In this document: positions 19,620 through 27,992 of the stretch, in pieces
How positions within the stretch are numbered: the stretch's first letter is position 1
How the letters are laid out: the number at the start of each line of letters is the position of its first letter
Assembly: GCA_040006935.1 (NCBI GenBank)
Contig: JBDTVZ010000002.1
Coordinates: 43,904-107,903, forward strand
DNA length: 64,000 nucleotides
Source of the DNA: Candidatus Dojkabacteria bacterium
GTDB lineage: Bacteria > Patescibacteriota > Dojkabacteria > J137
Direction of reading: 5' to 3'
Program-made: the position numbers and the translations under genes
The notes under the pieces: generated by a model
The model's database searches: none
What the model saw: only the letters and a program-made list of their open reading frames with translations
Told to the model about the DNA's origin: nothing

Positions 19620-20612
19620 ATGAACTCATCAATGGGAGATTTAGCTGAGGGCGATAGAAGAAGACCTGTTGAGACAACAACAACTCTAGCTAAAAGAATT
19701 AAAATTATAGATGATTTAATAAACGCTGTTATCTTAAATTTAGAGATATCACAAACAGCTGAAATCGATTCCCATGTATTCTTAACGCATATAAATACCT
19801 TGATGATTTTTTACACTAGCTTATTTAATCAAATGAAATTGGGGTCTTTTGATTTTGATCCCGACCTCTATAGATTAAATGGTCTAATAAACCACGATTT
19901 GAGAAAACCTGTGAATATTATTCAACAATTCACTGATCTCGCATTTATGCCGGGGTTTGAACATGAGTTCCATACTATTCTTAGGAATAATTTAGGAGGA
20001 CTTGTAAAATCTTTTAAGTATATGAAAAGTGCAATTAGGATAATGGATAATATAAATAGATCTAATAGTAAGGAAATACCTGTAACTCTGACTTTAAATT
20101 TGTTAGTAGATTTGCTAAATTTATCTCCTTCCGAACATTCAAACTTGTTTAGTATTATACGAGAGGAAGAACTACTTTTACATTTCTATGCAAGTATGGA
20201 AGCTTCATTAGGTGTTGAAGAGTTTTTTACAGTTAACACCCTTTTACTAAATCTAATAGATACTAATGCTACAAAAGGAGTAGTTACAATAGAAGAGCTA
20301 CATGGATCTCGTATAATAACAATTCACGATGATGCTTGTTTTGAAGGTAAACTTATTTGGCCGCCACATATATTAAAAAAATACGAAGACTATTATTTTG
20401 CAGGTCATCTATATCCTTTCCATGCCTTGAGAGGAAATAGTAATGGTCTTGGTCTAGTGCACATTCTAGCAGGACAAAGACCTAGCAAAAATCTTTTGAA
20501 TTTAGATGAGCCTCCATTCTTGTTTTGTGTAGATGGAAGTACTGAAGATGGTACGATGAAATACATTCAATTAGTTTACCCTGAACCTATCCGGCCGATA
20601 ATGGAATTCTAA
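19620..20612 (+). CDS. Soluble histidine-kinase-like protein (HisKA + HATPase_c), orphan
   Basis: H box NHDLRKPVN, N box LLLNLIDTNATKG, G1-like IHDDACFEG, G2 GNSNGLGLVHILAGQ. No TM helix. No adjacent response regulator. Confidence 0.55.
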   Translation: MNSSMGDLAEGDRRRPVETTTTLAKRIKIIDDLINAVILNLEISQTAEIDSHVFLTHINTLMIFYTSLFNQMKLGSFDFDPDLYRLNGLINHDLRKPVNIIQQFTDLAFMPGFEHEFHTILRNNLGGLVKSFKYMKSAIRIMDNINRSNSKEIPVTLTLNLLVDLLNLSPSEHSNLFSIIREEELLLHFYASMEASLGVEEFFTVNTLLLNLIDTNATKGVVTIEELHGSRIITIHDDACFEGKLIWPPHILKKYEDYYFAGHLYPFHALRGNSNGLGLVHILAGQRPSKNLLNLDEPPFLFCVDGSTEDGTMKYIQLVYPEPIRPIMEF

Positions 20613-20698
20613 TTTCATAAAAACTTCACACATCTCTTTCCAAAAATCTGCGATAATTTATTTGCTACACACAAATTCTTAATTTTAAATTAGCTAAT

Positions 20699-21982
20699 AT
20701 GTACAATCTAAAAAAAGACTTAGATAAATATTCATACTTAAATATCCAAGATATTGAAAACAAAACTATAATTGTTAGATCTTGTCTAAATGTTGCTGTA
20801 GACAAAGAAGGAAGAATGGAAGATTCTACAAGATTTTATGAATCACTTCCGCTAATAAAAGAACTTGCTGAAAAAGCAAAAAAAGTAATTGTAATGGGAC
20901 ATTTGGGAAGACCAGAAAGAAGAGATAAATCGCTAAGTTTTTGGAATATCGCAGAAGTTTTAACAACGGAGTTAGAAGAGCAAAGAGTTGAAGTTGAATT
21001 AGTAGATTCCCTGGGAAAAATAGGTAAGAAAGAGACGCATAATCCAGAGACGCATAATCTTGATACGCATAATCTTGATACGCATAATCTTGAGACGCAT
21101 AATTATGCGTCTGTAAAGGCACAAAGAAAAAAAATAATATTAATCGATAATATCCGATTTTTCCCAGGAGAAGAGAGTAAAAATAAAGATGTTCGAATGG
21201 CATTTGCAAAAGAATTAGCGAGCCTCGCAGATGTTTTTGTTAACGATGCTTTCGCAGATTATCGAGAATCAGCCTCTACTTATGATATTGCAACATTACT
21301 ACCTAGTTATTTAGGCCCAGTATTTATGAAAGAAGTTGCAGCACTTTCGAAATTTTCACAACCAGAAAGCCCATTTGTTGCAGTTTTAGGAGGAGCAAAA
21401 TTGTCAGAAAAATTGGATGCACTCAATGCATTAGTTCAAATTGCAGATAAAGTAATAATCGGAGGAGCCATGGCCTATACGATAATGAAGGCAATCGGAG
21501 TTGAAACTGGAAATTCATTGATTGAAAAAGATAAATTAGAGATTGCTACAGAAATAATGAATAAATATTCTGAGAAGATCCTCTTACCTGTAGACCATTT
21601 GGTTGCGCAAGAATTTAAATTAAAATCCCCTTATGAATACACAGAGACAGAAGTGGTTCCTGCTGATATGGTTGCAATAGACATTGGCTGGAACTCTATC
21701 AGAAAATTCAAAACAGAAATTTCTAATTCAAAATCTATTTTATGGAATGGTCCAATGGGAGTATTTGAGTGGATACATTCTAGCGTTGGAACAAAAGAGA
21801 TTGGAAGTGCAATTGCTGAGAATACTTCAGCATACTCATTAGCAGGAGGAGGAGATTCAATTGCTGCAATAAATAAATTTAATTTAAGAGGTTTTGACCA
21901 TGTATCTACAGGTGGAGGCGCGATGTTAGCATTTTTGGCATATGATAAATTCCCTACTTTAGATGTTATTTTGAATAAATAA
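20699..21982 (+). CDS. pgk: Phosphoglycerate kinase with an in-frame tandem-repeat insertion
   Basis: PGK motifs (RSCLNV, MGHLGRP, GGGAM...). Insertion peptide ETHNPETHNLDTHNLDTHNLETHN. Confidence 0.9.
   Translation: MYNLKKDLDKYSYLNIQDIENKTIIVRSCLNVAVDKEGRMEDSTRFYESLPLIKELAEKAKKVIVMGHLGRPERRDKSLSFWNIAEVLTTELEEQRVEVELVDSLGKIGKKETHNPETHNLDTHNLDTHNLETHNYASVKAQRKKIILIDNIRFFPGEESKNKDVRMAFAKELASLADVFVNDAFADYRESASTYDIATLLPSYLGPVFMKEVAALSKFSQPESPFVAVLGGAKLSEKLDALNALVQIADKVIIGGAMAYTIMKAIGVETGNSLIEKDKLEIATEIMNKYSEKILLPVDHLVAQEFKLKSPYEYTETEVVPADMVAIDIGWNSIRKFKTEISNSKSILWNGPMGVFEWIHSSVGTKEIGSAIAENTSAYSLAGGGDSIAAINKFNLRGFDHVSTGGGAMLAFLAYDKFPTLDVILNK
21033..21109. repeat. 15-bp x ~5 tandem repeat (gaYacgcataatcNNg) ending in palindrome gacgcataattatgcgtc
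   Basis: Direct repeats are visible. In frame (5 aa per unit) inside pgk. Confidence 0.8.
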
Positions 21983-22419
21983 TGGCTGATAATGGAAAGT
22001 TAGATTTTGATGAGTCTAGAACAACTTTGACAATAGATAGTATAAATGAATTCTTAGATGCTTTGAATATTCCAGAGAAAGATTCAGTTAAAGCGTTAGT
22101 CAACTATTTTTCAACAAATGGTGGAGACTTTGAGGGCCACGAGTCTGGGATTACAGTCCAAGCAAGAATTGGAACTGTAAGGGGAATGCAACTTTATTAT
22201 TTTATCAAACATTTCATGGGGTATGTAAAAAATAACGAAGCAGTAAGACCACTTGTTGAACGAATTTATAGTAAAGTTTTTTTTATTAATCCAGATCTCC
22301 CTATTGAGGAACGTGCTAATAATAAATCGTGGGAAATATTACAAAAAGACGTTATGCTTGTAATTCGCGAATACGCAATGTATGAATTCCGAAAGAATTT
22401 AGAATCTTCAGAACAATAA
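21982..22419 (+). CDS. Hypothetical protein
   Basis: ORF; ATGA overlap with the pgk stop. Confidence 0.35.
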   Translation: MADNGKLDFDESRTTLTIDSINEFLDALNIPEKDSVKALVNYFSTNGGDFEGHESGITVQARIGTVRGMQLYYFIKHFMGYVKNNEAVRPLVERIYSKVFFINPDLPIEERANNKSWEILQKDVMLVIREYAMYEFRKNLESSEQ

Positions 22420-23505
22420 TTACTCTCCAAAATAAACTCCTAACTTCTTTGCAGTATCAAATACTAAGTTATCTTTAGTAATTTTTTTTAGATGTTCTAC
22501 TGCCTTTTCTATTTTTACAGTCTCCATTTTCCCATTTCTATAACACACTAATTCTCCAAATTTTTTATGAATAACTGCATCCATTGCTGCAACCCCATAA
22601 CTTTTTGCCAAAATTCTATCCTCAGCATTTGGAGAACCACCTCTTTGAGTATGTCCTAAAACAACGTTTCTCATTTCGAATTCTCCAGGAGCTAATTCCT
22701 CTATTCTTCTCATAATTTGATCACTAATTCCACCTAATCTAACTTCTGGTCTACCTTCTTTATTCTCTAAAGTTGCGATCTTTTCATTCTTAGCTTTTGC
22801 ACCTTCGCTGACAACTACTACTGAATAATTTCTACCAATTTTTTTTCTCCAAGCTAAATATCTAATTAATCCTTCGTAATCGAATTCAATTTCTGGAATT
22901 AAAATTACATCTGCTCCTCCGGCAAGGCCAGCATATAATGGAATCCAGCCTACATGCCTTCCCATTGTTTCAACAAACATTACTCTATCGTGGCTCACAG
23001 CAGTTGTATGAACTCTATCCAAGGCCTCTACTCCAATTTCTACAGCAGAACTAAAGCCAAAAGTCATGTCAACTAAATCTAAATCATTATCGATTGTTTT
23101 TGGTACTCCAACAATATCAATACCTAAATCAACTAATTGTAATGCTCCACTCAAAGTTCCATCTCCACCAATTACTATTAAAGAATCTATTTTTAAAGTT
23201 TCTAAATTTTTCTTTGCTAAGTTTAAAATGTCATCGGGAATTTTATTAAAATCACCTTCGCTACCACCTTTGCCAGCAAATCGTCCCTTATTAACTGAAT
23301 GTAATATCGTCCCTCCTAAATGGCTGATTCCTCGGATTTGTTCTATTCCTAAATCTATGCACTCCATGTCGAGAATACCTTCCCAACCTTTTATAAAACC
23401 TACAAATTTATAATCTTTAGAAAGACCATATTTTACTATTGAGGCAATTACAGCATTTATAGCTTGGGTATCTCCACCTGAATTCACAATTCCGATTTTT
23501 TTCAT
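22420..23505 (-). CDS. pfk: 6-phosphofructokinase
   Basis: IGIVNSGGDTQAINAV, GGDGTLSGA, MGRHVGW. Confidence 0.85.
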   Translation of the reverse strand: MKKIGIVNSGGDTQAINAVIASIVKYGLSKDYKFVGFIKGWEGILDMECIDLGIEQIRGISHLGGTILHSVNKGRFAGKGGSEGDFNKIPDDILNLAKKNLETLKIDSLIVIGGDGTLSGALQLVDLGIDIVGVPKTIDNDLDLVDMTFGFSSAVEIGVEALDRVHTTAVSHDRVMFVETMGRHVGWIPLYAGLAGGADVILIPEIEFDYEGLIRYLAWRKKIGRNYSVVVVSEGAKAKNEKIATLENKEGRPEVRLGGISDQIMRRIEELAPGEFEMRNVVLGHTQRGGSPNAEDRILAKSYGVAAMDAVIHKKFGELVCYRNGKMETVKIEKAVEHLKKITKDNLVFDTAKKLGVYFGE

Positions 23506-23617
23506 GTAAATAAAGTATTAAAATATTATTAATGGCAACTTATGGTTCTGAGCGTAGCTAAGAGCTATGAAGTAATTGTGATATTTTATTATGGAGACAG
23601 AAGATATGCAAGAGGAA

Positions 23618-23695
23618 TAAAAATACTAAGCTCTAAAATACTAAATCCCAAACAATTTCAAAGATTTTAGAGATTAGTATTTAGAGCTTAATTAT
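23618..23695. repeat. Long inverted repeat (tactaagctctaaaatacta ... tagtatttagagcttaat) at the gpmI 3' end
   Basis: Arms at about 23623-23645 and 23673-23692. Motif aagctctaaatactaag recurs at 41283-41310. Spacer motif cccaaacaatttcaaa recurs at about 9590. Confidence 0.45.
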
Positions 23696-25224
23696 TCAAC
23701 AATTACTAAACTAGTTCCTGTCATCACACCTGGTTTTTCCAGTCCCATTAAGTCTAGAATAGTTGGTGCAATGTCCTCCAAACTTTCTCTTTTATCTAGT
23801 TTACATCTAATATCTGAAATTAAAATAAAAGGTACGGGAGATGTTGTATGTTGAGTATGCGGTTGATTATTTACATAATCCCACATGATATCGGAATTCC
23901 CATGGTCCGCTGTAACCATTAGAACATAATCCTTGAACTTTTCTTTAATTGTTTCGTAAATTTTTCCTAAACAATAATCTACAGATTCTGCGGAAATGAT
24001 AGCAGCCTCATAATTACCACTATGTCCAACCATATCCGGACTACTTAAATTCGCAATTATAAAACTATATTTATCGGAATTAACAGCGTCGACAATATCT
24101 TGAGTGATATCATAATTTCTCATGCTTGGTTCAAAATTATAATATGGTTTTACATATCTATTAGATTGAATCATTTTCCACTCCTCATGAGGCATTTCTT
24201 TTTCCTTCTCACCATTTAAAAAGAAAGTTAGATGAGGATATTTTTCTGTCTCAGTTACATGAAATTGTGCAAGTCCAGCATTTGAAATTACCTCGGCCAA
24301 TGTGTCAGAAATTTTATCCCTTGGAAAAGCTAGCTGCACACTCTCAAATTCTTCGCTAACACTTATGAATGTTGTCACATTTAAATTTTTAATTTCCTCT
24401 TGTAAAAGTCTTTTTACAATCTGATAAAGTCTATCTGTTCTATAATGAAAGAAAATCACACTGTCATTTGCTCCAATCTTTCCATCCTCATTTATTACAT
24501 AATGGCCAATAAATTCATCTGTAGTGTTTTGATTGTATTCCATGTTTAAAACACTCTGCCAATCAGAAAATTTTGCACCTTTACCTTTATATATCAACTC
24601 AAAAGCTTTTTCAGTTTTTGCCCAATCTCTATCCCTATCTAAATAAAACCTACCTTGCATTGTTGCAACGGAAATTTTTAAATCAGGATATTTAGCAATC
24701 GTTTTATCTAAGGCAGCAAAAAATCTTTCTGCAGATTTTGGAGGTGTATCTCGACCGTCTGTGAACACATGTAAATAAATATTTTGTTTAAATTTATTTC
24801 TGTGAAGCATTTCTAAAATTGCGAACACATGTTCTGTAGTAGAATGAATGCCACCATCACTCAAAATTCCGATTAAATGAACATTGGATTTATTATCAGC
24901 TGCATGGTCAATTGATTTTTGAAAAGTAGCATTATTATAGAATTCTCCAGTTTCAATTGCGTGATTGATTTTAGGTAAATCTTGATAAATAACTCTTCCT
25001 GCACCGATTGTCATGTGATTAACTTCAGAAGTACCAAATTGCCCTTCTGGTAGACCAACTGCAATACCATCAGATTTTAATCTTGTATTTGGATATTCTC
25101 GTACTAACATATCAAAGTTAGGAGTTTTTGCATTATCAATGGCGTTAAATTTATCTGCAGGAGCTAAGCCCCAGCCATCCATAATTAAAAGTACAACTTT
25201 CTTTTTTAATTTTTTAGTAGACAT
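23692..25224 (-). CDS. gpmI: 2,3-bisphosphoglycerate-independent phosphoglycerate mutase
   Basis: Start trimmed to MSTKKLKKKVVLLIMDGWG (ATG at 25222-25224). The upstream 220 nt of the longer ORF is a GC-rich non-coding leader. Remaining iPGM motifs are present. Confidence 0.85.
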   Translation of the reverse strand: MSTKKLKKKVVLLIMDGWGLAPADKFNAIDNAKTPNFDMLVREYPNTRLKSDGIAVGLPEGQFGTSEVNHMTIGAGRVIYQDLPKINHAIETGEFYNNATFQKSIDHAADNKSNVHLIGILSDGGIHSTTEHVFAILEMLHRNKFKQNIYLHVFTDGRDTPPKSAERFFAALDKTIAKYPDLKISVATMQGRFYLDRDRDWAKTEKAFELIYKGKGAKFSDWQSVLNMEYNQNTTDEFIGHYVINEDGKIGANDSVIFFHYRTDRLYQIVKRLLQEEIKNLNVTTFISVSEEFESVQLAFPRDKISDTLAEVISNAGLAQFHVTETEKYPHLTFFLNGEKEKEMPHEEWKMIQSNRYVKPYYNFEPSMRNYDITQDIVDAVNSDKYSFIIANLSSPDMVGHSGNYEAAIISAESVDYCLGKIYETIKEKFKDYVLMVTADHGNSDIMWDYVNNQPHTQHTTSPVPFILISDIRCKLDKRESLEDIAPTILDLMGLEKPGVMTGTSLVIVE

Positions 25225-25239
25225 CTTTAGATGATTAAT

Positions 25240-25400
25240 AATTATTAGGGCTAAATAATAGCTTTTAAAGTATATATTGTCTAGGGAGAATAATTCTACC
25301 CTTCGACTCCGCTCAGAGTGACACGGTGTCATGGTGGGCCTAGTTGAACCATGACCTTGCTTCACAGAGTCGCAACGAGTAACACCACCTTGCTGACTTA
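25240..25400 (-). ncRNA. Candidate structured 5' leader / cis-regulatory RNA upstream of gpmI
   Basis: Local GC about 50% against about 32% background. Hairpins gtcatgg...ccatgac and gacac-c-gtgtc. Duplicated gcaaggt motif. Unclassified. Confidence 0.25.
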
Positions 25401-25430
25401 TCATGAAAGTATGATAGGTGGTAAAGTCAT
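25401..25430 (-). CDS. 9-codon upstream ORF MTLPPIILS with RBS (GGGAG), duplicated at 63139-63168
   Basis: ttaatagATGACTTTACCACCTATCATACTTTCATGA versus ttaaataATGACTTTACCACCTATCATATTTTCATGA at 63132-63168. Confidence 0.35.
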   Translation of the reverse strand: MTLPPIILS

Positions 25431-25554
25431 CTATTAACTCCCTCAACCCGTCTTAACAAGAAGGGAGCTTAATAATCTGGGGATTCTCTTCATTCCATAA
25501 TAACTACTCATGAGATTTCTCTTTTAATTGAACTCCTTTTAATTTTTAATTGAA

Positions 25555-26337
25555 TTATTCGATTCCCCAAACCACATTCAAACTAATACTTACTTGCAAT
25601 TGTCCACTTGAAAGTGATCCATCAACTCCAGATGCGATTGTAGGAGCTTGATCAAAAGCTAAGTTACGTGATTGAGGAGGTGTAATATCTGTGGCAGTGT
25701 CTGTTATAGAAACTGGTTTTAATAATTTTAGTCCACCTAATTTTGAAAGTTCATCTGCTTTTTGTTTTGCTTTATTAAATGCTAGTTCTCTAGCCTGTGT
25801 GAACAATGCTGTCTTATCTTCAATATCAAAACTTATGGAACCCATTTGTATTTTATCTATTGCAGAAATTTGATCTATTATCGTAGTCGCTTTAGAAGAA
25901 TCTGGGCCAACTCCTTTGATTTTAATATCAACGCTCATTGTTGCCCTTTGACCCTTAAATACTGGGGTATTCCCATTGTAATCATATTCTGCGCTAACAC
26001 TTAAGTTACTTGTTTGAATATCTTTAGCATCTACTCCATTTGCTAAGGCAACTTCAACTGCTTGTTTTACTTTTGCACCAACAATGTCCAATGCTTCCTT
26101 GCTGGTTCCTGCTACTTCAGAGGAGGATACAGAAAGTTCTACAATATCTGGTGTTGCAAAAACTTTACCATCACCTGAAACTGTTAGTGAATTCACAATT
26201 TGTCCATTTTGCTCTAAAGATGTTCCTAGGTTTTTAATATAAAAACTTCCATTAGAAATTAATAATGTACATACAATTGCTGTCAGACAAACAGCCAGAA
26301 CTGCACCGCCTGCAAGTAGATATTTTTTATCTATCAT
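25555..26337 (-). CDS. SIMPL/DUF541 family periplasmic protein
   Basis: N-terminal TM helix and family-typical layout. Weak sequence pattern. Confidence 0.6.
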   Translation of the reverse strand: MIDKKYLLAGGAVLAVCLTAIVCTLLISNGSFYIKNLGTSLEQNGQIVNSLTVSGDGKVFATPDIVELSVSSSEVAGTSKEALDIVGAKVKQAVEVALANGVDAKDIQTSNLSVSAEYDYNGNTPVFKGQRATMSVDIKIKGVGPDSSKATTIIDQISAIDKIQMGSISFDIEDKTALFTQARELAFNKAKQKADELSKLGGLKLLKPVSITDTATDITPPQSRNLAFDQAPTIASGVDGSLSSGQLQVSISLNVVWGIE

Positions 26338-26360
26338 AATAACTTAATAAAATTTAAATA

Positions 26361-27029
26361 TTAATTTGCTGCTGAAAGCACAATAGCATCAACCTCTGCT
26401 AGAAAATTACTATCACTAACTTCTGCGGATGCAAATCCCGCAGATCCTGTTGCTGTTCCAAAACCAGGAAAAAAACTTCCGCTTCCACAAGTTTCTGTAC
26501 CTGCTTCGACATCTACTGCATCTGCACAATCCACTTTGGATTTATAACTCCATTCGTTAGTGCCTTTATTTGCTACTCTTATTAATTTAGTTCCTAGCGT
26601 TTTTACATCGTACGTACTAGAAGGATATCCGACGGCCATATCTCCAACTGGACCAAAAAGCCTGCTGAATGTTACTGTCGATCCACTTTTTGTAAATTTT
26701 AATTCGTAACTTTTTAAAGTTGTTGTAGTTGTATCTGTTACAGTTTCTACTTTACTATTTGCAACTGGAGTCCAACTAGCTGGGTATTCTACAGTTATTC
26801 CAAGTCCAGAATCTACAAACTTTAACTTTGAAGAAGTTGATGATGTACCTAGTAGCGATGCTACTTTATCTTGCGATGTTTTTAAATCATCTTTTGTTTT
26901 AGAAAGATCGTTTTGAGCATTAGTAAGGTCGTTATTTCTTATTACAAATAAAACTCCTAGTGCAGTTGTGCTTATAACCAGAATAATGATTAACAGAGTT
27001 AAGAACACTCTCGTAATAAACTTCATCAT
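26361..27029 (-). CDS. Membrane-anchored hypothetical protein (N-terminal TM, coiled-coil)
   Basis: ORF with TM helix. Confidence 0.4.
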   Translation of the reverse strand: MMKFITRVFLTLLIIILVISTTALGVLFVIRNNDLTNAQNDLSKTKDDLKTSQDKVASLLGTSSTSSKLKFVDSGLGITVEYPASWTPVANSKVETVTDTTTTTLKSYELKFTKSGSTVTFSRLFGPVGDMAVGYPSSTYDVKTLGTKLIRVANKGTNEWSYKSKVDCADAVDVEAGTETCGSGSFFPGFGTATGSAGFASAEVSDSNFLAEVDAIVLSAAN

Positions 27030-27293
27030 AATAAAATTAATAAAATATAATTCTACAAAAAGTGTACACTAGTGTGCTCTAATAATCCAGTCATAGTATC
27101 TTTATTTTTACTACTTATAAGGAGATACTCAATTTTTTCTCTATTTTTTCTTCTTTCTTTTATATTTTTTAAATTGCATGCTTTTTAATTTTTAATTGAT
27201 AAATACTTTACACTCATTAATAATTTTGTAATACTAATGTATTGTAGACGGAATTCTACCTCTACGATATGCTTAAAAATTATAATATATACA

Positions 27294-27974
27294 ATGGACT
27301 CAAGAAGAAAGGTAACTCTAGCCATATTATTCGTAATGACAGTTCTACTTGCAGGTGCAAGTGTTTTTATTACAATTAGAATTCAACAAAATAATGCAGC
27401 TACAGATGCAAACGCAAGTGGATTTGGAAGTACCGCAACAACAAATAAGTTTAGTAGCGTATTTGAAGAATTTGCAAAATATCCATGTAGTAATATATTA
27501 GACACGAATAGATTGTCTACGGAGTCAGGATTATTAATTACAAAAATAGATTCTATAGTAAATAATTTAGATTTTTCCGGCGCTATTCCATATTTACCTC
27601 TAAACTGTACTTATAAATTAGCAAGTAGTAAATCCATAGATTTCAGACTTTATTCTTACGATACCCAGTCGTATATTGACCCTTCAGCAGAAGCTTTGTA
27701 TGCAAGAATAAATGTAAATATAAAATCACAATTAGATTCACAAACAATTACAGTTTCAGGCTCCTCTATCAAGATGTTTTATGGTACTGATAATGTTACA
27801 ACTGGTGCTTGTAGAGCAAATTTATATGATGCACAGAATGATTTTGAATATGCAGAGGTAATTTACAAGGGCTTTAGCGATTGTAGTGCTCTAATAAAAG
27901 ATAATAAAGCAATAACTAAGTCTATTTCTGGAGTAATCAACGATGGAATGACTAGGGTTAATAAGAAATTTTAA
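27294..27974 (+). CDS. Hypothetical membrane-anchored/secreted protein
   Basis: Start chosen at MDSRRKVTLAILFVMTVLLAGASVF, ahead of the TM helix. Confidence 0.4.
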   Translation: MDSRRKVTLAILFVMTVLLAGASVFITIRIQQNNAATDANASGFGSTATTNKFSSVFEEFAKYPCSNILDTNRLSTESGLLITKIDSIVNNLDFSGAIPYLPLNCTYKLASSKSIDFRLYSYDTQSYIDPSAEALYARINVNIKSQLDSQTITVSGSSIKMFYGTDNVTTGACRANLYDAQNDFEYAEVIYKGFSDCSALIKDNKAITKSISGVINDGMTRVNKKF

Positions 27975-27992
27975 AAATTATAAAGAAGTATT

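Noticed and set aside
21033-21109. CRISPR array
   Set aside because: The repeats are directly tandem, with no spacers, and lie in frame inside pgk.
20826-21209. Minus-strand ORF opposite pgk
   Set aside because: It lies wholly inside the strongly supported pgk gene and its repetitive peptide merely mirrors the tandem repeat.
25280-25400. Possible tmRNA or tRNA-like element (GGTTCAACT, CCACCA-like strings)
   Set aside because: No acceptor/T-arm pairing could be built and no tag-peptide reading frame was found, so it is kept only as an unclassified structured leader.
25225-25446. Long N-terminal extension of the gpmI ORF in the six-frame track
   Set aside because: The canonical iPGM N-terminus (MSTKK...LIMDGWG) starts at 25224. 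The extension runs through a GC-rich hairpin-rich region and a duplicated uORF, so it is treated as non-coding leader.
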